Below are positions 7,169 to 16,339 of a DNA stretch of 32,000 nt, one piece after another. The notes beneath the pieces were generated by a model. That model did no database searches, was not told the origin of the DNA, and saw only the letters and a list, made by a program, of their open reading frames with translations. Position numbers and translations under genes: made by a program. Within the stretch, counting starts at the first letter, position 1, and each line of letters begins with the position of its first letter. The stretch covers positions 30,001 through 62,000 of the forward strand of contig CALSTM010000002.1 in the NCBI GenBank assembly GCA_943789275.1, read 5' to 3'. Source of the stretch: Candidatus Poseidoniaceae archaeon (lineage in GTDB: Archaea; Thermoplasmatota; Poseidoniia; Poseidoniales; Poseidoniaceae).

Positions 7169-10100
7169 TCATTTGTACGGGCTTTCACCCGGTGCAGCAC
7201 TTTCGACCGGTGCACCGTATGGTCCAGAAACTGGCGGTTGAGGCTTGGTTTGTTGAAGGCGAGGACGCCCCTCGTTTGGGATGTGAACAAGCGGTTTGCG
7301 AGATGAGCGTTGATGAGCGTCCCATTGTTGCTGTTGTGGGTTTTTCAATCCAAAAATCAACAATCCTACGAGAGAGACAGTGAGGAGGAAGATGATGATG
7401 AGTAACACTGGATTTACCGATGCTACGCTGGAAAAGACACCATCCGAAGTCGCTTCATCAATGTAAACGGTATTGGTTTGAACGTTTGGTCCGTTAATGA
7501 TTTGGAATTCAATCCACATCGTACCATCCCGTGTGGGTGTCCAATCTTTCGTGTAAACAAACGTACTACCGGCCTCAATTTCAATACTACGTGCGTCGAT
7601 TCTTGTTCGCGCACCGGTACTTTCAACCAATTCGACAAACATTTGAGCCTCACCGTCCGCAAGTCCTGAATTCGAAATTTCTACTGCCAGAGCCACCGTT
7701 TCGCCTGCAGCAATCTCCTTGTTCGGTTTCAGCACAGGAGCCGTGAACGAGTATTCAGCAATGCGTTGCTCAAGAACCCAAACTGAAAGTGGAGCATCGA
7801 TATCATTGAACACCGTACTGATTTCATGACCTGCTATATCGTAACCAGTAACCCAGATACGGACTTCAAGAGCGTCGTTACGCATTGAAGACGTGAGTAG
7901 AGAATCAAGATCCAATGTCGCTGCACACGGTATCGCATCGCCAAAAGCACGGCCGCCGATAACAGAGAGCATCTGACTGCCATTGAGAACGGATTCACTG
8001 GTCAAGCCAACACCCTCAGGATGCACAGCCCAGTGAAGCGTCAAAGTCGGTTCTGCAAGCCGGTCACTCTCGAAGATGAGCACTTCGAACTCGATCGAAT
8101 CCCAGACGTCTTCAACGAGAACCAGCTCGTTTTCTGGAGAGGGGATTCCAACAATGCTTGGAGCTTGATTATCGACGACAAACCACGCAGGAGCAGTAAC
8201 TGGCGTGCGATCGATTGCGCCGTTTGGTGGGTTGTGCAAGGAAGTGAAAACGGCATAAGAACCGGGGTCAAGAGGTGCGGTGAGCATTCCAGAGAAACTT
8301 CCGTTCCTACTTTCCACAAGGAGTTCGTTTTCTCCAAGTTCAATGCCCAAATCCAACGGTTGAATGACTGCACGGTGAGAACGGTACCATGTGAGTTCGC
8401 CTACGACGCCGAGGTCTGCCCGAGGCTTGACCCATGTCCCCTGCGTTTCAACAACTGTGCCGTCGAATGAGAACTCAAGATTTTGTGGGTTGACGTTCAA
8501 TTCACCGGAGAAACTCCAACTCAAGTCTGGCACGGCCAAAGTGTTTGATTGGCCTTGGGCATCGTGGACCACAACTCTTGGAACACGTACAAGACTCACA
8601 TCAGGATCAAAGCCCCATTCCAGCGAGAAATGAACGATGAACATTCCTTCTGAGGAGAAGAGGTCATCTGGGTTCGATGGTTGGAACACACATGACTCAA
8701 TATCCAAGAACATGTTGAGACTTGTGCATCGATTGTTTTCGGATTCCCACTTGAAATGAACTGCCTCGTTCTGATTCCCAGCTAAATCCACCTCAATATC
8801 GGTAATATCGGTAATGCCGTTCAAATCCAAAAGCGGCAAATATAGGGTGTTCGAATCACCAGGATGAATCCACACCGAGTCACCATGACCCCAGTAAGCC
8901 GGTGATGTGCCAAGTTGCGGTGAGCCATCGTTGTTGACTTGAACATTGAACAATGCAGATTCCATTGAGCCGGAATTAAGCATGACGTTTCCAGCTGAAT
9001 CAGCGACATCAAGCCAGCCTACGAAGTAAGAACCGGAATAGGCTTGAGAGGTATCGAATTCAAGGGAATATGTACCTTGCAGAGATGTCATGTCTTCGGG
9101 TGATGTGAGTGGTTGTGTTTGAACTTCATCGCTCTGAACGATTCCATCGAGGTTCGAATCATCGATCCAAGAGCGCCACATGTGTGCATTTGCATGCGAA
9201 GGAAGCATTGGTCGGTCTCCAATCACAAACTCGATCGAAGTCACAGGATTGGCTTCGACATGGTCGAATTCTGAGACGCTAACGCCCAAGAGTTCCGGGT
9301 CGACAGTATCAAAACCAAAGTTCAACACGTTTGGAACGGCAAAATGGACGTCTTGATTGAGAAGCGGGATGACTTCAATCTCAACCTCAATGGTTTCTTT
9401 ATTGGACGGTATTGCCCAAGGGAACGATGCGATGCCGTCGGAGAGAATGGAAGTCGATTGAACTTCGACTCCATCAGCGATCAACCGCACCAAAGTGGAA
9501 CCCGAGCGAGGAGTTGACTCAACTGGAACATCTTCAAATCCAAGTTGAACTTCAACCATTACATCTGCTCCTGGGTGAAGATACGGGGATTCATGAACGG
9601 AACGGGCATCGTTTTCATAAACAATACTCCAGTCTTTTACTTCAACATCATTCTCCACCCCGTTTGACGAACCAAGTCCGAAATTCAAACTCGCAGGCAA
9701 CATAGGACCCGATGGAGAAAGCAGATTCACCGAAACGCCAAGTGATTCTTCATCGTCCCACATATCTGAGAACTGGAACCGATGGTGGATTTGAAGCAAG
9801 GAACCACTTTCAACCATACGGATGGTACCATCCGAATTTCCTGAAGACCATATCATAGAATTGCCTTGTGTCAAGCAGCTGTTGACCGCCACACCCGCCA
9901 TGGGGAGTGAAAGCATTGGGCAGCGGGTTTCGGACTGATGGTTCACCCCAGTAAGGTGCAAGGCGAGCGACCAACCGTTCGATTTCACATACGATTCTGG
10001 ATTTGAGACCCCCAAGTTAGAGAAATCAAAAGTGCTTGTGACCTCGATCCAATCCGTGGAAGGAGTGAACGTATCGGTCACGTTTGAAACGGATATCGAA

Positions 10101-12193
10101 ATTGGGTCAATCGAACTCTGAGTCGTTTGCTGAATCACCGTCATATGTATCGCTCCGGATGAAGTCATTCGTATTGGGAGGGGCAATTCCTTACTTCCTG
10201 CAACAGGAATCACCGATTGCAATGCATTGTTGAGGGCGATGGTAACTGCATCGCTGGGCCCGAATTGAAGAGCAAGAGAGGAATCGTATGGAGCAAACAG
10301 TCCACCAAGCATAACATCGGCAGGGGTTGTTGACGAGCCGAGGCGAACGGTGACTTCGACCATAGGCAAACCTTCGACTCCATATTCAGGAGTGGCTTGC
10401 GAAAGTGCGCTGTTAAGTGAGCCCAGTTCGTTCGAGGAAAGTTCGATCACTTGCAACGATTGAAGATTAGGGAGTGAAGAAGAGAGGATATCTTGGCCAT
10501 CAATTGACATGGTTAAGAAAGGTGAATTCATTGCTTGCAACGGTGAAGCAACTCCAAATTCAAACGCCTCAACTCCGGCAGCAGGCAACAGCATACTGAA
10601 CGAGGCTGAAGCCGATGGAGACGAGGCACGAGTTTGCCAAAGAGAATGGTCTTTCAATCGGTCCTGAATACCCAGGCGACCCATTCCCTCGCCTTCCATA
10701 GACCAGTCGCTCACACCGTCCATGCCGACATCAATCCGCAAACCATCGGGTATACTGGTGCGAATTAATTCAACATCAAACGTTTCAATGTCCCACTGAC
10801 CTCCAGCCGAAGAGACTCGGAATTGAACTGAAAAAGATGGTGTCGATAGCCATTGTTTCCCGGGCAGCACATCAGCCCAGTTGGTTCCTCCGTCAAGCGT
10901 GTATTGAATTGAAGCACCCGATGAGAGGACTGAGTTGGATTCAAATCCGGCAAATCCTGAACGTACATTGTATGTCGATGTCTTCAATGTACCTGTACCG
11001 GATACTTCTCCGTTGGCCCAAGTTACGCCCTGTAATTGCCAACCGAGTTCTGTTGGGTCGTCCGAAAAATCTTCAAAGATTTTTCCTTCGAAGTGGATGC
11101 CGTGTATGGACGGTAAATCTCCAGAAGAAGTCTCCATGTAGATTCGGAGTTTCAACAGTGGATAGGTTTCCCAATCGATCATCCCAAGGTCAAATGAAGT
11201 TTCCGTAATGGATTCAAAACCAGGAACGATTGCATTGGTGGCTGCATCAATCAACTGCCATTCAAAAATACTCCCCGACGGTATTGACGCATCCATGTGC
11301 ATGTGCCCAAAGGACCTTTCTTCACCTTGGCCAAGTTGGGAGGGTCCAAAGGGAAGCGAAACCCAAGTACCTACGCCGTTGCCTGAACCGCCGGTTGGCG
11401 ACAATATGATTTCATCAATCCAAGCCGTATCGAGGCTACGGTCAACACTGCCGTCTTTCGTGTACTTCCAAGTGAGGGTCTGAGCAGCAGCAGGGATCGT
11501 GAACGTGTGCGTACCACTCGGTGTACCAGACCACTGCGATGAGTATCCCGAGAATCTCGAGCATGCCGTATTATCAATGCAGAAAAGAAGGTAATCAAAA
11601 CTTGATTCGGACGAGACTTGGTATTGGAAAGAACCACTTACTGCGGGAATGGCTGAAACATCCAATGTCAACGAACTTTCTTGATTGTGAGTTATACTTC
11701 CGGCTTGTGCTGATTGAGCACCTGTAATTACATTGCTCGTTTGCAAGTTCCAATTTGAGACTCCACCTTGGGTCCATTCAGGTCCAAAGGTCGCCGACTC
11801 AAAATCCCATTTCCACTCTTGGGGCAACAAAGAGAGAGAGGAACTGTTGACGTCCATACCATCGTAATTTGTAGTCGAAGAGAAATCACTCGACTCAGTC
11901 CATGAAAATCCGGTGGAAGTAGGCAGTCGAGCAGCGTCCACTTGAAGGTCAAGCGATTTCAATGCTTCACCTTCATCTACACTCAGTCGAGTCTTGGTGT
12001 TCGCACCATCAGGGAACGAGCCTATGGACAGTAATTTGCTTTGACCAAATGGGGTAGGCACGGGGAAAATATCGAGTGATTCATCCTCCAATTCATTACC
12101 GTCCGAAGGAGAATACCCTTGCATGAGGGTTGAAAGCAAGAACAAAAGCACCACAGCCGAGCACCGAAGCGCGTTCGTCCGTGAAGAGACCAT
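7169..12193 (-). CDS. Giant secreted cell-surface protein (1674 aa), C-terminally membrane-anchored; putative adhesin / envelope protein
   Basis: N-terminal signal peptide (ALRCSAVVLLFLLSTLMQG), one C-terminal TM helix (VNPVLLIIIFLLTVSLVGLLIFGL) and a basic/Pro-Gln-rich tail. The membrane-proximal segment has a CARDB-like pattern (AGETVALAVEISNSGLADGEA...). The N-terminal region has a lectin/jelly-roll-like pattern (LTWKYTKDGSVDRSLDTAWIDEIIL). It is a single uninterrupted ORF. Confidence 0.85.
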   Translation of the reverse strand: MVSSRTNALRCSAVVLLFLLSTLMQGYSPSDGNELEDESLDIFPVPTPFGQSKLLSIGSFPDGANTKTRLSVDEGEALKSLDLQVDAARLPTSTGFSWTESSDFSSTTNYDGMDVNSSSLSLLPQEWKWDFESATFGPEWTQGGVSNWNLQTSNVITGAQSAQAGSITHNQESSLTLDVSAIPAVSGSFQYQVSSESSFDYLLFCIDNTACSRFSGYSSQWSGTPSGTHTFTIPAAAQTLTWKYTKDGSVDRSLDTAWIDEIILSPTGGSGNGVGTWVSLPFGPSQLGQGEERSFGHMHMDASIPSGSIFEWQLIDAATNAIVPGFESITETSFDLGMIDWETYPLLKLRIYMETSSGDLPSIHGIHFEGKIFEDFSDDPTELGWQLQGVTWANGEVSGTGTLKTSTYNVRSGFAGFESNSVLSSGASIQYTLDGGTNWADVLPGKQWLSTPSFSVQFRVSSAGGQWDIETFDVELIRTSIPDGLRIDVGMDGVSDWSMEGEGMGRLGIQDRLKDHSLWQTRASSPSASASFSMLLPAAGVEAFEFGVASPLQAMNSPFLTMSIDGQDILSSSLPNLQSLQVIELSSNELGSLNSALSQATPEYGVEGLPMVEVTVRLGSSTTPADVMLGGLFAPYDSSLALQFGPSDAVTIALNNALQSVIPVAGSKELPLPIRMTSSGAIHMTVIQQTTQSSIDPISISVSNVTDTFTPSTDWIEVTSTFDFSNLGVSNPESYVKSNGWSLALHLTGVNHQSETRCPMLSLPMAGVAVNSCLTQGNSMIWSSGNSDGTIRMVESGSLLQIHHRFQFSDMWDDEESLGVSVNLLSPSGPMLPASLNFGLGSSNGVENDVEVKDWSIVYENDARSVHESPYLHPGADVMVEVQLGFEDVPVESTPRSGSTLVRLIADGVEVQSTSILSDGIASFPWAIPSNKETIEVEIEVIPLLNQDVHFAVPNVLNFGFDTVDPELLGVSVSEFDHVEANPVTSIEFVIGDRPMLPSHANAHMWRSWIDDSNLDGIVQSDEVQTQPLTSPEDMTSLQGTYSLEFDTSQAYSGSYFVGWLDVADSAGNVMLNSGSMESALFNVQVNNDGSPQLGTSPAYWGHGDSVWIHPGDSNTLYLPLLDLNGITDITDIEVDLAGNQNEAVHFKWESENNRCTSLNMFLDIESCVFQPSNPDDLFSSEGMFIVHFSLEWGFDPDVSLVRVPRVVVHDAQGQSNTLAVPDLSWSFSGELNVNPQNLEFSFDGTVVETQGTWVKPRADLGVVGELTWYRSHRAVIQPLDLGIELGENELLVESRNGSFSGMLTAPLDPGSYAVFTSLHNPPNGAIDRTPVTAPAWFVVDNQAPSIVGIPSPENELVLVEDVWDSIEFEVLIFESDRLAEPTLTLHWAVHPEGVGLTSESVLNGSQMLSVIGGRAFGDAIPCAATLDLDSLLTSSMRNDALEVRIWVTGYDIAGHEISTVFNDIDAPLSVWVLEQRIAEYSFTAPVLKPNKEIAAGETVALAVEISNSGLADGEAQMFVELVESTGARTRIDARSIEIEAGSTFVYTKDWTPTRDGTMWIEFQIINGPNVQTNTVYIDEATSDGVFSSVASVNPVLLIIIFLLTVSLVGLLIFGLKNPQQQQWDAHQRSSRKPLVHIPNEGRPRLQQTKPQPPVSGPYGAPVESAAPGESPYK

Positions 12194-12252
12194 GATGTCA
12201 CGAGATTACTCGTAGGTCAAAAGACTTCGGCTAAAGGTACTACATCCCATAG

Positions 12253-12263
12253 AAATAAAAAAA
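12253..12263 (+). promoter_or_regulatory. A/T-rich TATA-like element in the divergent region between the giant gene and rpiA
   Basis: AAATAAAAAAA lies about 55 nt upstream of the rpiA ATG at 12317. It is too close to ATG 12269 to drive a transcript that uses that codon. Confidence 0.3.
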
Positions 12264-12316
12264 CACTGATGGAGAAAAACGGAAGCCTCAAGGGCTTAGC
12301 CCAAAGTTTGCAAAGC

Positions 12317-13021
12317 ATGACCGATGTTGAGACACTCAAGAAAGAGGCTGGAATCGCTGCGTGCAAGTATGTTCGTAGCGGAATGAAAGTGGGCTTGGGA
12401 ACCGGCTCAACTGTGAAACACACCGTTATCGAACTTGGACGAATGATCGCCGAAGATGACCTCGAAATAGTTGGCGTGCCAACTTCACTGGCGACCGAAA
12501 AACTGGCTTTAGAAGTCGGGATACCTTTGGTTGAACTCTCGGATGTCGATGGATTGGACATCGTTATTGACGGGGCTGATGAATACGACCCTCATTTCCA
12601 ACTCATCAAAGGCGGAGGTGCTGCACTTTTGCGAGAGAAAATTGTCGCCCAAGAATCCAAGGCAATGATTGTCGTTGCAGACGACAGAAAACGTGTTGAC
12701 GCACTCGGTGCATTCCCGCTTCCTATTGAGATTACTCCGTTCGCCCATCAGGCAACAATTCGCTCACTGGGGCGATTGCTGAACTGCCGAGTGAACTGCC
12801 GTATGTCCGGAGATAATGCTGTGATGACCGACAATGGAAACATGATTGCTGATGCTCATTGTGGCCCAACGATCTCTGCACCCGAGGCAATGGAAAAAAA
12901 CATTTTGAACATCGCTGGAGTTGTTCAAGTTGGTTTGTTCAACAACATGTGCGATGTGGTCGTACTTGCTGGAACCAACGGCGTTGAAACATTTGTCAAC
13001 CCGAATGGACGTATTCAGTGA
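12317..13021 (+). CDS. rpiA: Ribose-5-phosphate isomerase A
   Basis: GLGTGSTV, DGADE and KGGGAALLREK motifs. An N-terminus at 12317 (MTDVETLKKEAGIAACKYV) matches the canonical RpiA N-terminus as I recall it (E. coli MTQDELKKAVGWAALQYV). The track start at 12269 adds 16 aa. Confidence 0.9.
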   Translation: MTDVETLKKEAGIAACKYVRSGMKVGLGTGSTVKHTVIELGRMIAEDDLEIVGVPTSLATEKLALEVGIPLVELSDVDGLDIVIDGADEYDPHFQLIKGGGAALLREKIVAQESKAMIVVADDRKRVDALGAFPLPIEITPFAHQATIRSLGRLLNCRVNCRMSGDNAVMTDNGNMIADAHCGPTISAPEAMEKNILNIAGVVQVGLFNNMCDVVVLAGTNGVETFVNPNGRIQ

Positions 13022-13039
13022 ACAGCTTTCTGTCAATTG

Positions 13040-13046
13040 TTAAATA
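13040..13046 (+). promoter_or_regulatory. TATA box (TTAAATA) for tRNA-Lys
   Basis: Centred about 25 nt upstream of tRNA position 1 (13068), the canonical archaeal spacing. Confidence 0.45.
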
Positions 13047-13067
13047 CGGGTGGTCGAACCCAAGGTT

Positions 13068-13144
13068 GGGCCTGTAGCTTAGTCAGGTAGAGCGATGGAC
13101 TCTTAATCCATCGGTCGCGGGTTCGAACCCCGTCAGGCCCGCCA
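13068..13144 (+). tRNA. tRNA-Lys (anticodon CUU), CCA encoded
   Basis: Hand-folded cloverleaf. Acceptor GGGCCTG/CAGGCCC, D stem GCTT/GAGC, anticodon stem ATGGA/TCCAT with loop CTCTTAA, T arm GCGGG-TTCGAAC-CCCGT, discriminator G and genomic CCA. Confidence 0.93.
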
Positions 13145-13150
13145 AATACA

Positions 13151-13447
13151 TCACGCTTGAATCGGTTCACACCGACCAAGAATTGCTTCCTCATTGATCG
13201 CACCAAAATTATGGGAATCTTCACTCGCCAATGGGTCCGGATTATCACCGACTAAGAAAACAGTCCGGTTACTGAAACTCTGTATCCGTTTCACCATTTG
13301 GACATCTGAATGAAACGGGTGTTGAGCGAGGACAACGTCACCAAGATTGAGTTCGTCAAAGGTGCAATCAATGAGTTCAAACTGACTTCCGTTTGGAAAG
13401 GTCGGCCACATGCTGTCGCCCGAGATTTGCACTCGGACAAGGGACAT
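13151..13447 (-). CDS. sodX: Ni-SOD maturation endopeptidase (S26 signal-peptidase-like)
   Basis: GDSMWPTF serine motif and MVKRI lysine motif of S24/S26 peptidases, small size (98 aa), and a position immediately downstream of sodN. Confidence 0.8.
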   Translation of the reverse strand: MSLVRVQISGDSMWPTFPNGSQFELIDCTFDELNLGDVVLAQHPFHSDVQMVKRIQSFSNRTVFLVGDNPDPLASEDSHNFGAINEEAILGRCEPIQA

Positions 13448-13456
13448 TCGAGAGCC

Positions 13457-13909
13457 TCAACTGGCGCGGATCCAAGGAACTTCTCGCCCCTTGATGGACC
13501 AAAACATGTTGTGAATTGATTCGATTGCATCCATCAATTCTTGAGCGTGTTGAGCAGAAACTTCGACCTTGCAGGCGCTGCAAAGTTTTGCTGCTTGCCA
13601 GAAGGTGTCGTGCAACTCAGGATGTGCTTCAAGATGCATTGGCTTGAAGAAATCAGTCCAAAGAACAAGCAATTCCTTCTTGCACTTTTGAGCTTCTTCT
13701 TCCTTGATTGCTGCATATCGACTCATGGTGTTGAGGTAAGACGCCATGGATTCGGAACTGAACACTTGTGGATATTCCAAGGCGAGCATCTTTTTGGTCA
13801 TGGATTGAACTGCTTCACCAGCGACACGAGCGCTTGCAGGGTCATATACTCCGCAGGGTCCGTCGCAATGTGCAGATGCTTCAATCAGTGTGAATGGTGT
13901 GTCTTCCAT
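13457..13909 (-). CDS. sodN: Nickel-containing superoxide dismutase precursor
   Basis: A Ni-hook HCDGPCGVYDP follows a 13-aa leader MEDTPFTLIEASA. Downstream similarity to Streptomyces SodN includes LWTDFFKP and HPELH. The ATG at 13909 gives the canonical short propeptide. The track extension to 14020 overlaps arcC. Confidence 0.9.
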   Translation of the reverse strand: MEDTPFTLIEASAHCDGPCGVYDPASARVAGEAVQSMTKKMLALEYPQVFSSESMASYLNTMSRYAAIKEEEAQKCKKELLVLWTDFFKPMHLEAHPELHDTFWQAAKLCSACKVEVSAQHAQELMDAIESIHNMFWSIKGREVPWIRAS

Positions 13910-13929
13910 GATATATCGGATTGAGAACA

Positions 13930-13947
13930 GGCATATCAATATGTGCC
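13930..13947 (-). promoter_or_regulatory. Imperfect inverted repeat overlapping an AT-rich TATA-like core upstream of sodN
   Basis: GGCATAT-CAAT-ATGTGCC has 7-bp arms with one T/G mismatch. Its centre lies about 29 nt upstream of the sodN ATG, consistent with a near-leaderless promoter carrying an overlapping operator. Confidence 0.3.
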
Positions 13948-13956
13948 ATGTTTCAA

Positions 13957-14865
13957 TCACACATGTATGGTCGTCCCGGTATCGCCGCGCAAGGCGAGAA
14001 GAGCATCCCCCGGCTGACAAAGAATTGCTGCAAGACCGGGTCTGTGCAGCGCCGCTTCCATTAAACTGCCAATTTTAGGTCCCATCGACCCCGCAGGAAA
14101 TTCTCCCTGTTCGATGTAACGTTCACATTCATCAAGCGAAAGGCGATGGTGGGTTTTTTCATTCGCTCCACCGAAATCGGTTCGAACTGCATCGATGGCT
14201 GTAGAAATAATCAGGGCATCTGCCTGGAGTTCAATGGCTAAGAGAGCCGATAATCGGTCTTTGTCAATCACTGCAGGAACTCCAGAGAAATGTCCACCCT
14301 TGTCCACAACGGGTATTCCGCCACCCCCGCCACATACGACAACTGCATGCAATTCGACCAGTTTCTGAATCACTGGAAGATCAATGACTTTCATTGGAAG
14401 CGGACTGGCCACTACGCGCCGAGGACCTTTGATGGTTTCCGCAATATCCCAATCTGCGGACATTACCGTTGCAGCGGATAATATCGGTCCGACAGGCTTG
14501 GTTGGAAACTGAAAACCTTGGTCATCGCCATCAACCAAAACTCTCGTGAGTACGCATGCCGTTCGCTCGGGGCGTTGACGGCGATGAAGAATCGAGTCGA
14601 GGTTGAGAGCGAGCGAATGGCCGATCATTCCTTGAGTTGCGGATACCCAACTGTCCATGGATTGAGTTTGCTCTTTGTCCAGTTCCATAAGGTGCCCAAC
14701 TTGCGGACCATTTCCGTGGGTGAGAACAACTCCCCAACCGGCTTCCAACAAGTCGATGACATCCGACATGACATGCGCAAGAACTTCCGCGCTGCGAGCC
14801 GCATTGTCCCCGTTCGGAGACGACAGGGCATTGCCTCCGATGGCGTAGACCGCAATTCGTGCCAT
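13957..14865 (-). CDS. arcC: Carbamate kinase
   Basis: MARIAVYAIGGNAL, THGNGPQVG and CGGGGGIPVV motifs. The ATG at 14865 gives the canonical N-terminus. The 63-aa extension in the track is not protein-like. Confidence 0.9.
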   Translation of the reverse strand: MARIAVYAIGGNALSSPNGDNAARSAEVLAHVMSDVIDLLEAGWGVVLTHGNGPQVGHLMELDKEQTQSMDSWVSATQGMIGHSLALNLDSILHRRQRPERTACVLTRVLVDGDDQGFQFPTKPVGPILSAATVMSADWDIAETIKGPRRVVASPLPMKVIDLPVIQKLVELHAVVVCGGGGGIPVVDKGGHFSGVPAVIDKDRLSALLAIELQADALIISTAIDAVRTDFGGANEKTHHRLSLDECERYIEQGEFPAGSMGPKIGSLMEAALHRPGLAAILCQPGDALLALRGDTGTTIHV

Positions 14866-15000
14866 GATGTTGAGATGAACGCAATGCGTTTGACCCTTTG
14901 CCCCAAACTTGCCACGACAAACCCAATTCGGCACGAACCAGCAAAAACGCAGAGGGTGACATTGAATTAGAGAAGGTTGCACCCTTAGACCGGTGCGAAC

Positions 15001-16332
15001 ATGGTAAAGACGATTTGGATCGGAGATGTTCAGTCTGGAAAGTACGATGACCAAGAGGTCGAACTGAAAGGCTGGGTCAAAAGGGCCAGAGGAAACAACA
15101 ACATTCGATTCGTAGTCCTACGTGATTCGACCGGAACGATTCAATGCGTAGTCAAGAAAGACGCCATAGGCGAGGAGTTGTTCTCGGAAGTCAAGAATGT
15201 GTTGATTGAAACATCGGTCATCATCAACGGGAAAGTCAATGCCGATGAAAGAGCCGACGGCGGACATGAAGTCGTTGCTTCTTCATTCGAAATAATCGGT
15301 GCTGTTAACCCAGACAAACCGTTCCCAATCACTGAATCCGCAATGGCTGCAGCCGATGGAGGAGAAACAGAATTTCTCTTGGATAACCGGCACCTGTACT
15401 TGAGGACCTCACGCATGACGACGATGCTGCAGATTCGAAGCAGTGTCTTTGGAGCCATTCATTCGTATTTCCGAGATTTAGATTTTGTCGAATACCAAGC
15501 TCCCAATTTCGTAGCAGGTGCTGTCGAAGGAGGCTCGACACTTTTCGAAGTCCCGTACTTCGGGCGTACTGCATACTTGACTCAATCATGGCAATTGTAT
15601 GCAGAGGCAGCCATGCCTGCTCTGGAACGATTGTACACCATTGCTCCATCGTTCAGAGCAGAAAAATCACGCACTCGGCGACATCTCACGGAATTTTGGC
15701 ATGCAGAAATGGAAGTTGCATGGGCCAGTAACCAAGAAATCATGACTCACGGTGAAGGTGTTGTTCGACGCGTAGCCTCGACTCTTCTCGATGAACGCTC
15801 TGCAGAACTCGAAGGACTTGGACGAGACCTCGACCTTGTTGCTCGATACGCAGACAATCCTTATCCACGGATGCGCTACGATGAAGCAATTGAAACGCTT
15901 CAAGGCATGAGTGTAGACGTCGAATGGGGCCAAGACCTTGACTATTCGAAGGAAAAAGTCCTCACGCAGGATTTCGAAGTCCCACACTTCCTCACCCACT
16001 ATCCAAAAGTCGCCAAACCATTCTATCATCGAGTCGATCCTGATGACGAGAACTATGTTCTGTGCCATGACTTACTGGCACCCGAAGGCTATGGAGAAAT
16101 CATTGGTGGCGGCGAAAGAACGTGGTCGGAAGAAGAGATTCTGGCTCGCCTCAAGGAAGAAGGTACACCCACTGAGGCCTACCAATTCTACATTGATACA
16201 CGCTCGTACGGTGGAGTCCCACACGGAGGATTCGGCCTTGGAGTCGACCGCGTCTGTGCTTGGTTAACAGGAGCAGACCACATTCGCGAAGTTATTCCGT
16301 TCCCACGTGATTCTCGACGAGTGACGCCCTGA
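15001..16332 (+). CDS. asnS: Asparaginyl-tRNA synthetase (class IIb)
   Basis: N-terminal OB fold, then a class II core with QSWQLYAEAA...FRAEKSRTRRHLTEFWHAEMEVAW, which matches the AsnRS-type motif 2 I recall (FRAEKSRTRRHL) rather than the AspRS type. GGFGLGVDR is motif 3. An archaeal AspRS cannot be fully excluded without alignment. Confidence 0.8.
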   Translation: MVKTIWIGDVQSGKYDDQEVELKGWVKRARGNNNIRFVVLRDSTGTIQCVVKKDAIGEELFSEVKNVLIETSVIINGKVNADERADGGHEVVASSFEIIGAVNPDKPFPITESAMAAADGGETEFLLDNRHLYLRTSRMTTMLQIRSSVFGAIHSYFRDLDFVEYQAPNFVAGAVEGGSTLFEVPYFGRTAYLTQSWQLYAEAAMPALERLYTIAPSFRAEKSRTRRHLTEFWHAEMEVAWASNQEIMTHGEGVVRRVASTLLDERSAELEGLGRDLDLVARYADNPYPRMRYDEAIETLQGMSVDVEWGQDLDYSKEKVLTQDFEVPHFLTHYPKVAKPFYHRVDPDDENYVLCHDLLAPEGYGEIIGGGERTWSEEEILARLKEEGTPTEAYQFYIDTRSYGGVPHGGFGLGVDRVCAWLTGADHIREVIPFPRDSRRVTP

Positions 16333-16339
16333 GGTGTGA

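Noticed and set aside
7056-7383. Plus-strand ORFs 7056-7241 and 7129-7383.
   Set aside because: They lie over the RNase P RNA 5' part and antisense to the 3' end of the giant gene, and they have low-complexity translations. They are explained by the stronger features.
7423-11952. Numerous 60-150-aa ORFs on both strands inside the giant gene (for example 8021-8470 and 10837-11208).
   Set aside because: These are shadow ORFs of a single 5-kb coding frame. None has recognisable motifs, and all are nested in the long ORF.
13022-13150. tRNA-Lys (and likewise tRNA-Pro at 20576-20653) considered as an integration hotspot with an adjacent mobile element.
   Set aside because: I noticed no integrase, no duplicated tRNA 3' fragment and no compositional break. 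The flanking genes are ordinary metabolic or housekeeping genes.
13910-15054. Long 5' extensions of the sodN (to 14020) and arcC (to 15054) track ORFs.
   Set aside because: Internal ATGs at 13909 and 14865 give the canonical Ni-SOD propeptide and carbamate kinase N-terminus. The extensions overlap neighbouring genes or promoter regions and look like random sequence.
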